This document shows, one piece after another, positions 38,881 to 53,796 of a stretch of DNA of 64,000 nucleotides. The notes under the pieces were generated by a model. It was given only the letters and a program-made list of their open reading frames with translations, searched no databases and was not told the DNA's origin. Location of the stretch: NCBI GenBank assembly GCA_951406725.2, contig OX597814.1, positions 41,726,001-41,790,000 of the forward strand. Direction: 5' to 3'. The DNA is from Octopus vulgaris. Its lineage: Eukaryota. How positions within the stretch are numbered: position 1 is the first letter of the stretch; each line of letters begins with the position of its first letter. The translations under genes and the position numbers were made by a program.

Positions 38881-40749
38881 TATTAGTAATGAAAGACACT
38901 TAATAAAACAGTAGGAAAATATTTACTTGGTCGCCTGAGCTCTCCAAAATTATTCACTCTGTTGTTTAATAAACGAAGAAAATCTTACATATTATAGTTC
39001 AAGATATATTGTGTTATTGTCAAAATGGTGAAACACTAATACGAATTATTTCAGTTCTTTCGTTTAAATATGTGAGTGTCAAGACAAAGTATTTTGTCCG
39101 TTGCTCTATCGAATTTGCTATTCTCTAATTGAACAACAGTAATCATAATAATTTCGAACTTTGATGTCTGGAAACAATTTTGCTGGAATGAGTATAGATT
39201 AGCAAGGAGGAATGAAGATTGGCTTCTGCTTTGATTTAATGAGCACAGATTGCAAACTTGTAATACCAATTTTATCGATCGTACTGGAACGAAACTTAAT
39301 GTTAATCCCGGGTGCAACTGAACACAGTTTATATGTTCGTTTTCCCCCATTTTAATAATACGAATAATACTAAGAATAATTTATCGATTCCCTGCACTGA
39401 TCACACATCTACTGTGGAATTTTGTAGTCCATTGAATTGGCCTCGGCACATTCGTGGTAATTATTTTATTGACTTCACTATGATGAAAGGCTAAGCCAAC
39501 CAGACAGGAATTAGACCAATAAAGGTGAAGAACGAAAATGAATATTGATAATACTTTTAGAAATAATAATAGAAATTTAAAAAAACATGAAAGAAAGCAG
39601 ATGCTTTATGATGACTGTGTTAACTTAGAACAACACAAAGATGCGTAACTAAATACTGCAACTGTACTCTTCTATTTCTGTCACTACAGCGCTATAAGAA
39701 TAGTAATTTAATGCAGCGCTCTTCTAATTCTGGTATTGTACCGCACTGTGAATATGATTGGTGAGGGAAATAATTAATTGAATGGATGCCAGTTACTGTT
39801 ACATCTACACGATAAAAGGTATATATAACACTTATGGATGTATTTTTAGATATTGTAAAAGGATGAAAGAAAACGAATTTTATAGATAGCAATAATGGGT
39901 TCTCATTTGACACAATGACACATTTTTTGATGAGAAGAAATTAAACACTGTGACACGGAGAACGCCTGGATATGATCGTCGGAAGTGTATAGACCTAAGT
40001 AACAACAGTAAGGCATATACTCATATATTCCATTTTTAATACCATTCATTGTAATATTTTATTTTACGAAGGGGCACATTCCTGATAAGTTGAACTTATA
40101 CAAATAACATATAACTCTCTCTCTCTCTCTCTGTCTCTCATATTACGCCTATTCCTCTAAAGAAAAGGGAAGTTATATTGGACAATATAGGCAAGGTTTT
40201 ATATCTATTGATCATGGTTTCTCGATAATGGCTTAGCTGAAGATGAAACACTAGTGGATATAGATAAATTGTTCATGTCACACAAGTCCTTTCTAAACAG
40301 CGACTGTGTCGTAACGTGGATTGCGAAAGATTGTTTGGTTCAGTACCAGACTGATATAGAAATCAAATTAGTGGAATTTGAAATTAGAACTTACAGTGTC
40401 AAAACAGATAACGCATGGCATTTCCTACAAGAATCAAATTTTTCTGTCAACCAACTGTCCCTTGTAGTAACTATTTTAGCCACAAATCTAAATAGATGAA
40501 GTAAGGAGATTGGTTATTAGAATCAATTCCAATACTTTTCATCTTCCTTTCTTTCGGGTTTTTGAGGTTGGTTTAACAGTCTCGCAAATCGTCAACTCAT
40601 ATTCCGGATAGTTTAATGTATCGATCACAATGCAAACCTGCTTTAAAATATTTGGAATCAAAACCTAAAACGGAGATAAATTGGGGAAGTGGGTGAGATT
40701 ATTTTATGAAAGCGTCAAAAGCTGAAAATATATGTGTACACTAGAAACT

Positions 40750-41375
40750 TATATGTGTGTATTCAACAGCTATTGTCACATATAAGACGAGTCCCGCTGT
40801 CTTCCAAGTCTGTAGTATAGATCGACGTGCAATCGTCCTTTGAAAAGAAAAGGAAATAAATCTCTCTTCTTTGTGAATGTGCCAGAAGAATTTACGGAGT
40901 ATACTCGTTTGAAATATTTGAAACATTTTCGTATCTAGTGAAGCTCTCATCAGCTTCTTCAAGCAATATTTGAAGAGCCGGCTGAAGATACAGACGGAGA
41001 TGCTGCCTTCTGGCGTATTTATCGAAAGGTGGATTAGAATTACAAGAACGACGTGTCTGAAAGAGACCACTATGCATATTAATTACCTACGTTAGGAGGA
41101 ATGAAACTGGGATAGGGCACAGTCAATGCATTTAAGGGGACAAATTACACTGGATCTTTTTGTGCAGATTTCACCCACATTACCCAAGTTGGACTAAGAA
41201 GCTGTTCAATAATTTGTTTATTTCTGAATTATATTTGTATAACGTGATAAATATTTTATAACGTTATTGTTGTTCGTTCCCTTCTCATCGAGTGAACACT
41301 CCGTTTGTTTGATTTCTTACGTTCATTGATATTTTCCACCTAGTGGTTCATATGGTTAATGAAAGAAATCTTTGC
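40750..41375 (+). mobile_element. Tx1-like LINE ORF2 C-terminal fragment and 3' UTR
   Basis: QQLLSHIRRVPLSSKSVV...EALISFFKQYLKSRLKIQTEMLPSGVFIERW, homologous to 49715-50040. Confidence 0.7.
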
Positions 41376-41459
41376 TTTTAAAATTATTATTATTATTGAT
41401 GTTGTTGTTGCTGCTGCTGCTGTTGTTGTTATGATTATTATTGTTGTTGTTGTTTCTCC

Positions 41460-42290
41460 TTATCACACGCTTTGTTTGAGGCTCAGAAATCTTACCTGCG
41501 TAGCGGTTGCTACCCGCTGCCCTTGGCACCATATTTTCCTGATTATTATGGCCATGCCAAGGAGGCAAACATTTTGTAACAGTTCTGGTGAGCACTCTAC
41601 TCCAATTTCTTTTATATTCTTGATGCCTTGTATTACTGTACCCAAGGACCCAACAATAATTGGCAATTTTTTCTTCTTCATTTTCTATAGCCGTGCTATT
41701 TCGTACATAAGAGGGTTCTATCTATCTATCTTTTCGCCTTCCTTCTTCACTATTCGTAGATCAAAGAGGCGTGCAACATCAACCATATAGCATATGTGGT
41801 GCACATTTTCCATACCACTATTTCCGGTATGTTATGCTCTAGCACCTTATCTGTTTTGATTGGGAAATCCCAGAGGACTTTGCTAGTGTCCGACTCCGCC
41901 TCTCTAGTTTGTGCTTATTACACGTCTTGCCTCTCTCTAGCCCTCACTTTTCGCACAGTTTCCAATGTAGCACTTTCACTACCTGATCGTGTCGCCACAA
42001 TTTATAGTAGTTTTGGGCAAGTCTAGGGCATTCTTTCGTGAAATGGGCAATGGTTTTATCCAATCTATTACAGATACGGCACAGCGGAACATTTGTTCAT
42101 TCCCACGGTTCAACCTCCAGTACATAGCCAAAGTGTGTTCTTGTGTTGCTAGTAAAGTGCTCTCAGCCTCTATTTCTTTCATTTGCCAATCCCATCTAGT
42201 TTTTCCAGTAAATTCTGTTGTGGTCATATGGAATTGATTGTGTAGTCAGTTAAAATCAGAAGTCATGAGAACCACTACCTGGTAATGTTT
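41460..42290 (-). mobile_element. Internally deleted R4/Dong-like (RLE-type) element: short 5' terminus joined to the CCHC/RLE domain
   Basis: WDWQMKEIEAESTLLATQEHTL...KEGEKIDR...PIIVGSLGTV...LLQNVCLLGMAIIIRK. 42246-42287 matches the end of the 540-bp element. Confidence 0.8.
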
Positions 42291-42297
42291 CGTGGCA

Positions 42298-42299
<2 letters not shown>

Positions 42300-42366
<67 letters not shown>

Positions 42367-42431
42367 TATTATCATCATCATCATCATCATTATTATCATC
42401 ATCAGCATCATCATCATCATCATCATCATCA
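42300..42431. repeat. (TTA)n/(TCA)n microsatellite
   Basis: Seen directly. Confidence 0.95.
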
Positions 42432-42439
42432 TTTGCTTT

Positions 42440-43540
42440 TAATCTGCATGTTTGTCACAATCACTCGCTGAGACACATCCAGCTGCCTAGAGCGAGTGAA
42501 GGATGTTACAGTATGACCGAAAGCTAAGGGAGGAGATGTTTCGGCTTTCAAACCATCACTATACACCTACTGATGGGTTATTTTCATTTCTCTCCAGCTT
42601 GTTTAGGGTATTTCCCATGCAATGTTTTTCTCTTTTCAAAATCATGATTCTTCCTTCAAGTTTTTCCTGTTTGGCTTTTGCGTTACACATTTCTGCTGCT
42701 TTAATGGATGGTGTATCCCCCTTATGATCATCATACTCAGAGACTTTAAGCCCTTTTCTGTATTTATATGCCTCCCTTGAGATTGAGTGCAGATTTTATT
42801 ATATCCGTATTCTCTACCAGCCGTATCATTCATTTGGAGTTACTTTCGATGTACACTTGGAATTCTATCGTGGTCGTTTTATAGGACGTTTCAAGTTGGC
42901 CTAGGCCACTGCGGCCTTCCTTTCGTGTGAGATAGACCATGTAGGCGTCTGATTTTAGGCGATGCATTATGTCTAGTTTCAGCAGTTTCCTGGTCTTTGT
43001 TTCCATACGCTGGAGACCAATCAGAATGCAGTTGATATCATTAAGACTATACTAGCCAACTACTATCGCCTTGGAGTTTTTAGCTGCAATGCTATTCTGA
43101 TAGTTTAGCTCAGTATTCTATCAGTATTCAGGAGCATTCTGTTACCTCTATAATACACTTTTTTCTGATTTTCTCTTACATTGATCCTTGTTGGATCCCT
43201 TTATTTTCGTGTATCTCAAGATATTTATAGGAACCTTCTTGGTCCAGGTCCTTGACACACGTATCATGATCAAGTTGGATCTAAGTATTAGATGCCAGCT
43301 TACTACGTTTGAAAGAAGCTTTCGCACAATTTCGAGGTCAAATTCAATGTAGGTATAATCAAAGAATATGTTCACACTTTCTAGTAGCACTTTCAGATCG
43401 TTGTCATCTTTTGTATTTAGCTTCAGCTCGTCCCTGTGAATCAAGCGTGTGATGATCTTGTCCAAAATATTCTAACTGTAGATTATACTATTCATCTCTT
43501 GGGACAAGGGAATGAGGGAAAGAAAGCGATGTGAGGGGTG
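42440..43540 (-). mobile_element. R4/Dong-like LINE RT/thumb fragment
   Basis: ITRLIHRDELKLNTKDDNDLKVLLESVNIFFD...IEFDL (a decayed HLLYMDDLKLY...FSxDIxMxFGLxKC), with an RKEGRSGLGQLE motif downstream. Confidence 0.8.
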
Positions 43541-43649
43541 AGTAAACCTACACCTAACCCAAACCCTAACCACGGGCTATGCTGATGTTCTCTAACATAT
43601 ACGAGCATTTTTCGTGATTGGGAAATAATTTTGTATTCCACAGTCACAT

Positions 43650-44760
43650 ATTATTATTATTATTATGTTTGAATTTTGCTTTGTATTTGTACACGTTGAT
43701 TCCAAGTTTCACCCAGAGACTTCAATAGACAACAAGTTAGAAACTCATGTTGATATTATGCCTAGGGTGTCATATTTGGGGTTATTATTACGTAGGATAG
43801 GGGCAGTTCCCATGAACACTATCTTTTGAATATCTGCCATTTTCGAGTTTCCTGGTATCTGAGCTAGGTGCGAATCAGCCCATTTTGATAGCTTTCCGAA
43901 GGTCTTGATATCATTCCTAAAGTCTTGAGGTTCAACATTTTGCCAAATTCTATTTCAAGATCTTTATACTTGCTTAGGTTTTGGTCGGTCTTGGCAGATG
44001 CATTTATGTTGATTGGGACAATCATATCACTGAGGAGGTATGATTTTTGTCTGAAGTCTTTCAATATAATGTTTGACCTATTTGCATCTATCTTTCCATC
44101 AGTGTGCACGTGAAGTTCCAGGGCAATGAGATGTGGTCATTTTCAAGCACTAGGTGCGGTTTATGTTCCTACCAGTTTTTAAAATGGGGCAGGTCAAAGT
44201 TTTTGAAAATTACCCAATGAATGTACTGTGCTGCTCTATCATGGATGTTGTGATATGCTATATGCGAAAGAAGACTGCACATGGAGACAACATTACAATG
44301 GTTTCATTTTGGTGTTTACATACACGACATGTTGGTCTACTGCTGTTCCTTAATATGTTAGCCTGATAGTTCCTTTTAGGTAGGCATTGAAAATGGGCGG
44401 CAATGAATAACCCTTCTGCTTTGATTTTAAGCCAGAAGAGACCATTGATGTGTAAGGGCTATGTCTACATCGGCATTAGTAGCTCCCTTTGAGTACTTGC
44501 CATTGAGAGGTCTTTCTTGCCATTTATCAATAAGAATATCTAAGGAAGCAGTTTTAATACGAGTTTTCATGCGGTTGGCTTTTTTCTGTGCTTTTATCCA
44601 GTATGTCTACTTCTGGGATCTGTTGTATTTGGAATTCACTTAGATATTCCTATAACTGTTTTGTTACTGAGTATGATGCTTTCTTACTTCCGTGCTTTAA
44701 GACAAATTTCAACATCCAGTCATCAGAGATTTTAGGTAGGTGTTGTGGCCAATTGTGGAA
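43650..44760 (-). mobile_element. R4/Dong-like LINE 3' portion, copy A
   Basis: TDGKIDANRSNIILKDFRQKSYLLSDMIVP...KLSKYKDLEIE-like RLE region with upstream HGKY/W.W motifs; ends in (TAA)n. Confidence 0.88.
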
Positions 44761-44811
44761 ATCATACTATTTATTATCAGCATTACTATTATTATTATTA
44801 TTATTATTATT

Positions 44812-45533
<722 letters not shown>

Positions 45534-46405
45534 CTATGTTTGACTTTTGCTTTATGTCCGTACAAGTTGGCTCCAAGTCTCACCCAGAGACCTCAAGAGA
45601 CAACCGGTTGAAGTTCACGTTATTGTTATGCCTAGTGTGCCATATCTTTCGGGGTTTTTTTTTGGTGTTGTACTAGTGAATGTCTGATACATAAATTATA
45701 AAAAGAGTTTGTTTTAAACCTTGGGATTACATAGAGAGTATTTTCCGTAGGATATTAGCAGTTCCCATGAGAACTATCTTTTGAGTTTCTGCCATTTTGA
45801 GGTTTCCTGGTATCTGATTTATGTAGCAATCAGCCTCTTTCGCTATCATTCCCAGGGCACCTATGACAACATGTATTGTTTTAGTCTTCAGGTTCCACAT
45901 TTTGCTGATTTCTATTTCAAGATCTTTATATTTGCTCAGTTTTTGGTAGGTCTTGGCAGATACGTTAATATCGATTGGGACAGTCATATCAATGAGGAGG
46001 CATGTTCTTTGTCTGAAGTCTTTCAATATGATGTCTGGCCTATTTGCATCTATCTTTCTGTCAGTTTGAATGGTGAAGTTCCAGAGGAATGAGATGTGGT
46101 CATTTTCAAGCACTGGAGGTGGATTGTGTTCCCACCAGTTTTTTTTAATTGGGCAAATCCAGGTTTTTGCAAATTACCCAGTGAATATATTGTGCAGCTC
46201 TATCGTGTCTGTTGAGATACTCTGTAGGTACTAGAAGACTGCATTTAGAGACAACATGATCAATGGTTTCATTTTGTTGTCGGCATACACGACATGCTGG
46301 GCTACTGCCGTTCTTTAATATGTTGGCCTGGTAGATGATCTTGAACTGCTATGATAAACCATTCTGTTTCAGATTTTTAGCCAGAGGCCATTAGCCATTG
46401 ATGGG
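45534..46405 (-). mobile_element. R4/Dong-like LINE 3' portion, copy B (RLE domain nearly intact)
   Basis: ORF 45727-46113 LWNFTIQTDRKIDANRPDIILKD...CLLIDMTVP...KLSKYKDL...VVIGALG...QKIVLMGTANILRKIL; upstream CRVC...ETIDHVVSKC...YLNRHD. Confidence 0.93.
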
Positions 46406-46409
46406 TCAC

Positions 46410-48420
46410 TCAACTACTCATCAATAAGTAATGTTACTGTCCAAGTGTTTACAGCCTTCACTAGATTCGGACCATTTAGCTTTCACTTCATTAACTTCCT
46501 CACCCTTTTGAAGTATTCCTTCTCAATTTTCGTTTCATATCCATAGTTAGAATTCTGTCAAATTCTAATAGTCGTAAATCTCTCCTTCTTTCAGATATTT
46601 TAATGTCTGGCAACGTGGTAATTAGATGACTTCACTGTTGACTATCTGTCCCCTTCACATGACTAATACTGCACACTTCTCTATGCAAAATTCTATTCCT
46701 ATATCCTTGCTGAAGATTCTTAATATTTATCTTGTTTTTATTCTTACTAAAAAACTTCAGAACATCCATGTCGAGCAAATGTTTAATTTTTACTTTACTA
46801 TTTCTGAATTGACATTCTGCCTTTGCCTCCCGTAATACTAAAGCTAGGGGGATCAAACATAATATAAATACAGAAGTAGATAATGAGTCTCTTTGGAAAA
46901 TTCTTCTCTTGATTTTAACTTTCCCTTTGGCTGTGTCATCTAAGTAGAGATCTCCTCTCCATTTCTTCATGCTGAAGTTAATCAATTCTCTTATGTTGAC
47001 TGCAATACGAAGTATACTCAAGCATCCACTTATCCATGAGCGTGGAATAATGTTATAAGCTATGTTATAATCTATCCTTGTTATTGTTACAATTTTCTTT
47101 CTAATGTTTTACTTCATTTAGAACTGCTTTGTCTATGTATAATAGATCATACGTTAATCTAGCATTCGTCCTGAAAGGTCTCTGTTCTTCTGGTAGCAAA
47201 TTTTGTCAGCCAATGCTTTCTGAAAGCATTCCTGTTATCAATTTCCACATTAATAAGCAAGTGTTGGTCTATAATTGCTACACGTATTTCCCCTTGCATT
47301 TATCTTCCATAAGGAGCACTGGTCTCCCTCTAGTTATCCAGTCTGGTATTACTTCTCCATTCAAGCAATACTGAAAGTCTTCTCGCAGGCTCCATTGTAA
47401 GCTACTAAATTCTTTTGATCAGTTACCTTGAATGAAATCTAGTCCTGGGCGATTCCTACCACTTATGAATTCACTAGTTAGTTTTACATTTCACTGATGC
47501 TCACAGACTTCTTTATTCACTTGCTTTAACTATGATGCGTCTCCATTATAATAACTCATCTTAAGTACTTTCTGCTCCCCTATTTAGCTGGCTATAAATT
47601 GTTTTCTGGTCTCTCTCAAATAAATTATTCTGTTGATACTGGCCTATTTTTTTCTGATATAAGGTAAGTTTACCTGCAACTGTTAAGATACGCTTTTTCA
47701 ACACTTTCATGATTTTCTCAAAATCCATTCTCTTTATCCAAATATCTTTTCTCAAGAGAAGATTTAAATCTTGTGTTTCCTAACTTGTTCAGTTTCCAGG
47801 CTTCTATTCTACACAGATCTTGTCTTAAAGTCTTCACTTTTTTTTTTGGTCTCTCCTTTTTCCACATTGGCTCTTTTTTAATATTTTCTTTGAGGAATAC
47901 CTAACCTTCTAGTATCTACTACGCCTCCTCCATTGATCAATAAGTTAGTGTCGCCTATATTTTTTGTATCTACCTTACTAATATCAAAATCTACATTCCT
48001 AGCCATATCTAGCAGCTTCTTTCTTTTGGTAGCTTTTAATGCTGGCAATCTTTTATTACTTCTTTGTTCGTTGCTTCCTGCAACTAATCTAAAATATTCT
48101 GATCTTCCTCACTTAAATCGCTTAAATCGTTGGTGCCACATGTCCCTTCGACATTATGTTTTCCTTTTTGGTTCTTCTGTGGTTTAAACTCTTTCTCATA
48201 TGTTGTTGTTTGGGTTTTCTGCTGCCTGTTCTATCTTTTCCAGTTCTCCTGTGAGCTCTTCCAATTCAAATTCCATCATCTAGTTTCTTTTCCTAAGAGC
48301 ATTAGCTAAGTCTACTAGTCTCTGTCCATTCACTTTAAACATACCCTTCTTTACCTAGAGTGTTAACATCCGTTTTCTATAACCATTTTATTTATGTTCA
48401 CTTTCTAAGTAGCACTGCAA
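46410..48420 (-). mobile_element. R4/Dong-like LINE 5' half including RT (different subfamily), decayed
   Basis: GYRKRM, RLPALK, YQQNNLFERDQK, PDWITRGRPVL, IKRRIFQRDSLS...CLIPL, KHLLDMDVLK, LNGPNLVKAVNTW. Confidence 0.88.
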
Positions 48421-48429
48421 ATACCGGAC

Positions 48430-50292
48430 ATTATGGAAGGTGTAACCGACATGTAAATAGGAAAGCAACGTTTGAGCTTCGAGGTCCTCTTTGAAAGTGA
48501 GAAGTTCGTGCGAATACATTCACTTACACCTGTTTCGAGTTCGTCCTGTATCTGACGTACCTCTCGCAAAGAACTATCAGGTTAATGTCATCGACTTTTT
48601 TTCTCTGTCATGAACTTGTGATGGATATTGTGGAGGACACAGACTGTAGAGGACACAGACTGTAGCAGACTGGTAGAGGACACAGACTGTAGCAGAGAGA
48701 ACAGGCAAGTCCTAAATATATGGTATTAAGACTACGGAGGTTGGATGTTTCGATGGGTATGAACTAGGATGCGGAAGATTTGTGTCGGCTTATGCACATG
48801 TTGTTCCGTCAATAATGTCGAAATCAAGATGATCGGAACTACTCTAAGGAAGTACGAAGCGGTGATAGAAGCAAATATTGCGGAGGAAAAGTTTAGCTTG
48901 ATACCTTCAAAGCCAAGTCCATGTAGGCCAGTAGCGTCGTTGGTCCTCTACTAAGACCGGGTAAATTGCTTGGAGTTTCATTTGCTCTAGACCTCCATAT
49001 GGACAAAAACTGTGAGAAGTAACGAGCAGGGTTTCTAGTCACTCCAAGAAATGGTTAGGGATGAAGATATCCTTGAAGGATCAAGTGGAAGTAACAAACG
49101 CATACATCGCTTCCGTCATCTTCTCCCTGCCTGTTGTCTCTTGTTTTGCTTCGTGGTTGATCAAGCTGCTGCGCTTGTTCTTCCTTTGTCTGTTGAAGGG
49201 ACAGGATCCGCGCGCCAGATTCTCCATCTTCTGTCAGCAACCGCTAAGTATAGAAGTGAGCATGCCGGACCTAATGATGCGCAGACATACGCTGAGTCTG
49301 TGACAGCTCCAGTTTTTACTTATCGGTGAGAAGGATTTCCGCAACACGTCTTATTTAGAGAGCTACAGACCTAAATTCAAGGGTAGACGGAAAAGGGGCC
49401 CTTTACACTTGGAGTGTCGGCAGGTGTTCACAACCATCAGCCAGTTGCGCAATGCCGTCTTTGTAAGATCTGCATTTGTGTTCTACAAGAGACTAGGGGC
49501 GTAGAAGAGCGATGACATCATCGAGGAATCTCTGGGGGTCAGAAAAGATAAAATGGCTGACCTGGCAGTGTTACCGCAGGACCTGCTAGTTCGAGACAAG
49601 CTCTGCATGCACGGAGGTGATGTCGAAATAGACCTGCCGGAGATGCATGCAAAGCAGTGAAGCACATTTGCATGCACCTGTCCACTATCCGGGCACAACA
49701 GATCTGTGGTATTTTGTCGAAGAGATGATATCCTGTGTGGGACGGATCTGCTTATCTGCCGAGTCCATTGTAAAGATTGCTCCGGTACCTTGTTTTGAAC
49801 GGGAGGGGAAAGCAGTCGCCCCTCTGTGGTAACTATGGGGTAAGAGGTTTTGTGATAGACGAGACGGAAAAGACTCAAGACAGATACTTTCCACTTCGGT
49901 CAAGCCCTCGTCGAATTTTTCAAGTTGTACTTGGAAAGGAAAATGAGGAGGTTCTACCGTGCAGTATTTTAGTTGAAAAGTGGGTGAATGTGGTGTGGAT
50001 GGCCTGTGTGAATGAGCTTATTCTGAACATACGCCTGTTGGTCTGAGTAGATAAGATAAAAATAGGTGCTTACTTTTGGTGCCCATGATGGTCGGATTTA
50101 CCATGATGTGTTGGGTTCCTCGCCAGCTCTGGGTGGTACTGCAACACCCGTTTAAGGAATTACTCGTTTAACTTTTGTTGTTCATATTGCTTTTATTGTA
50201 TATATATATATATGTGTATTTTTGTGCTTTCTCCTATGTTTTGTATTGTCACTTTGTGTTTTGTGTTCGACCCTTGTGACCAATGCAGAAAA
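48430..50292 (+). mobile_element. Tx1-like LINE ORF2 3' part (RT C-terminus, CCHC region, 3' UTR), decayed
   Basis: ELGCGRFVSAYAH (YADD), KLLGV, W.GMKISLKDQVEVTNAYIASVI, VRDKL..HG, CRRC...HA, GQALVEFFK. A short tandem triplication lies at 48632-48695. Confidence 0.85.
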
Positions 50293-50304
50293 CATGTCAT
50301 TATA

Positions 50305-50349
<45 letters not shown>

Positions 50350-51250
50350 GAGTGAGAGAGGTGTTCTTGCCATCAAAGTGACACTGGGGTAAAATATACG
50401 AAGCCCAATATACCCATCATGACTACCTGTCTGATAAGGGTACACCAGGCACATGCATCACAACCATATGTGCACGACATGGTGACCTCATATCAAGATA
50501 ACAGCACATGACCATGCAGGTGGGGCCCAGTTAGAAAGCTCTTCAGGTTGAGTAGCCCATCCTGCTCAAAAGGTCCCTGAATAAGGGTTGTTTAAGGATG
50601 TTGAAAGAACCACCCATGTTTCCAGAGGTAAATTATTCAAACCCCAAAGAATCCCTCTCAACACATGGTTATGATGATCACCCACTACTTCTGCTCGTGA
50701 TCAGAGATGCACATGCTCAACCCATCAGTGAATGCCATCAAAGTGACACTGGGGTAAAATATACGAAGCCCAGTATACTCATCATGACTACCCGTCTGAT
50801 AAGGGTACTCCAGGCACATGATTCACAAACACATGCGCGCGGCATGGTGATCTCATATCAAGATAAACCTTGCAGGTGGAGCCCATTTACATTTTTCTTC
50901 TGGTCGAGTAGCCCATCCCGCTAAAGAGGTCCCTGAATAAGGATTGTATAAGGATATTGAACGAACCACCCATGTTTCCAAAGGGGAATTATCCAAAACT
51001 CTAATAATTCCTCTTAACACATGGCTATGATGCTCCCCCACGACGTCTGCACGTGATCAGAGATGCACATATTATCAGCCACTAAGGGACATGCTCAACT
51101 GGTTAAGGTCAAACAGCTGACAAATAAATCTGTGGTATTGAGCAGATTATTTGCCGTAGCCCATCTTTTATACCAATACGAAACAATGTACATGATAACA
51201 CTTCCAATCAGTTAAGATCAGAATCCATGAGAGCCACTGTCTGGTACTGT
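50350..51250 (-). mobile_element. 540-bp element, copy 2 (50350-50720, partial) and copy 3 (50731-51250) in tandem
   Basis: Both contain gccatcaaagtgacactggggtaaaatatacgaagccca and ggtccctgaataagg, as in 44812-45350. Flanked by (ATT)n on both sides. Confidence 0.88.
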
Positions 51251-51257
51251 GTCAGGG

Positions 51258-51423
<166 letters not shown>

Positions 51424-51424
51424 A

Positions 51425-51792
51425 TTCTATGTGGAAAGGAAAGTGAGGTGGAGTGGGAAGTGCTACCACCCAGTGAATTTCTGAAAATATGGTTAACTGG
51501 GGCAACAATTATTGGAGTGGACGGACCTTCTCTAAGTATGCGTCTTGTAGATTGGAAAGCTGGAGAGCGGGCTCGTAGCTATGAAGTTCTTTGATTTTTT
51601 TCTGGTTATAGTTTCCTTTGTGTCAGTAGGACTCCATCATTCATGCTATCACATACATTGTACACTATCTTTACTTTTATTGCATTTCCCTGTCTTTCCT
51701 ATTTCTTTCCAAATCCTTTTATGTAATCCCCCATATAAATTGTTGTCTGTCCTTGTGATGTCCATTCATCCATGCCTTTATGTCTAAGAAAT
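51425..51792 (+). mobile_element. Tx1-like LINE extreme 3' fragment
   Basis: YVERKVR/EWEVLPPSEFLKIW...LSMRL is homologous to 49925-50040; the 3' UTR contains ttgtctgtccttgtgatgtcc. Confidence 0.65.
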
Positions 51793-51799
51793 TATTACT

Positions 51800-51851
<52 letters not shown>

Positions 51852-51886
51852 CCACCACCACCACCATTATTAGTATTATTATTATT

Positions 51887-52472
51887 GGAGCTGGCTGAAA
51901 AGTTATAATGTCGGCCAAGCTGCGTTCTGAGTTCAAATTCCGCCGAGGTCGACTTTGCCTTCCATTCTTTCGGAGCCGATTAAATAAGTACCAGTTACTT
52001 ACTGAGGGTCGATATAATCGAATTAAACAGTTTGTCTGTCCTTGTTTGTCCTCTCTGTGTTTAGCCCCTTGCGGGTAGTAAAGAAATAGGTATTTTGTCT
52101 GTCTTTATGTTCTAAGTTCAAATTCCGCCCAGGTTGTCGATAAATTAAGTAACAGTGAAACACTGATGTCGATGTAATCGACTAGTCCCCTCCCCGTAAA
52201 TTTCAGGAATTGTGCCTTTAGTAAAAAAGAACAGCGGCGAACTGGCAGGGAAGGCGGCGAACTAGCAAAATCGTTAGCACGCCGGGAGATATTCTCATCG
52301 ATGATTCGCTCTTCGCTGCGTTCTGTGTTCAATTTCTGCCGGGGTCAGAATTTATTTTTTATCCTTTTGGAGTTGATAATTTGAATACAAATCGCGTATT
52401 GGGATCGATGTAATCGAATTAATCACTTCCTCCCAAATTTCGGGCCTTGTGCGGAAAGTAGAAAGGATTTTT
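51887..52472 (+). mobile_element. Cluster of three monomers of the dominant SINE
   Basis: Core gttctgagttcaaattccgccgaggtcgac at ~51925, ~52110 and ~52320, with A and B tails. Confidence 0.88.
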
Positions 52473-52740
52473 ATTGTTAATAGCAGCAGTAATAGTAGTC
52501 GTATTAGTGGTGGTAATATTGTCGGAAGTGGCGGGGTGCGGTGGTGGTGGTGTAAGTGTAGCAGCAGCAGCTGTAAATGAAATAGCACTAGCATCATTTA
52601 ATAATAAGAGCAGGAGAGGCAGTAGCAGCAGTCAATATTCGAGTCGGTTGCAGAATCATCAATAGTAGCAGTTGCAGCACTCACAAAACCAACAAGGTAA
52701 AAAAAAATAATAATGAAGCTTGCAGTAATAGTATAGTTAA

Positions 52741-52972
52741 GGCAGCGAGCTGGGAGAAACGTTAGCACGCCGGGCGAAGTGCGTGGTCGTATTTCGTCTA
52801 CCGTTACGTTCTGAGTTCAAATTCCGCCGAGGTCGACTTTGCCTTTCATCCTTTCGGGGTCGATAAATTAAGCACCAGTTACACACTGGGGTCGATGTAA
52901 TCGACTTAATCCCTTTGTCTGACCTTGTTTGTCCCTCTCTATGTTTAGCTCCTTGTGGGTAATAAAGAAATA
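52741..52972 (+). mobile_element. Well-preserved full-length copy of the dominant SINE (tail A)
   Basis: ggcagcgagctgggagaaacgttagcacgccgggcg...ccttgtgggtaataaagaaat. Confidence 0.92.
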
Positions 52973-53394
52973 AGCAATAGTATAGTCATCATAATCATCC
53001 ACAATCTCATTACCTTCGTTCTCCAAATCCACCACCACCTCATCATTATCAGCAGCAGCGGATGCAGCAGCAACAGCAGATGCAGCAGCAGTGAAATCAG
53101 TAGTAGCAGCTCGGTTAGCAGCTGCAGTAGCGGCTGTATTAATATTGTGATTTTGGCAGTCAGACTGAGGTGTTGTTGAATTGTTATAGACATCGGACAA
53201 AAATATTTCACGTTATTTGTTTTGGTTCTTTACCCTGTGAGTTCGACTCTTCCCGGGGTCAATCTTATCATTTCACCGTCTGCGTTCCACTTAATTAAGT
53301 ACCGTGTTGATATAATTCAACTTTTCCGTCCGCCTAATGATTTCTGGCCATGTGTCTATGCGAAAAAAAAAAAGACGTCATTGCCGTTTTATCA

Positions 53395-53751
53395 TGTAGT
53401 AGTAGTAGTAGTAGTAGTAGTAACAACAGCAGCAGCAGTAGTAGTAGTAGTAACAACAGCAGCATCAGTAGTAGTAGTAGTAGTAACAACAACAGCAGCA
53501 GTAGTAGTATTAGTAGTAGTAGTTGTTGTAGTAGTATCAGTAGTAGTAGTAGTAGTAGTTGTAGTAGTTGTAGTAGTATCAGTAGTAGTAGTAGTAGTAG
53601 TAGTAGTAGTTGTAGTAGTAGTTGTAGTAGTTGTAGTAGTAGCAGTGCAGTAGTTGCAGTAGCAGTAATAGTAGTAGCAGTAATAGTAGTAGCAGTAGTA
53701 GTATAGCAGTAGTAGCAGTAGCAGTAGTAGCAGTAGCAGCATCAGTAGTAA

Positions 53752-53796
<45 letters not shown>

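Noticed and set aside
40230-40262. CTGAAGA-t-GAAA-cactagtg hammerhead-like string
   Set aside because: No stem II, no stem I pairing, and the cleavage triplet would be GUG.
43546-43572. Telomere-like cctaaccc repeats
   Set aside because: Only 2-3 degenerate units, insufficient for an interstitial telomere.
44695-44735. Minus-strand CTGATGA...GAAAtttGTC (similar string near 40920-40955)
   Set aside because: Lies inside LINE coding sequence and stems I and II do not pair; a chance match.
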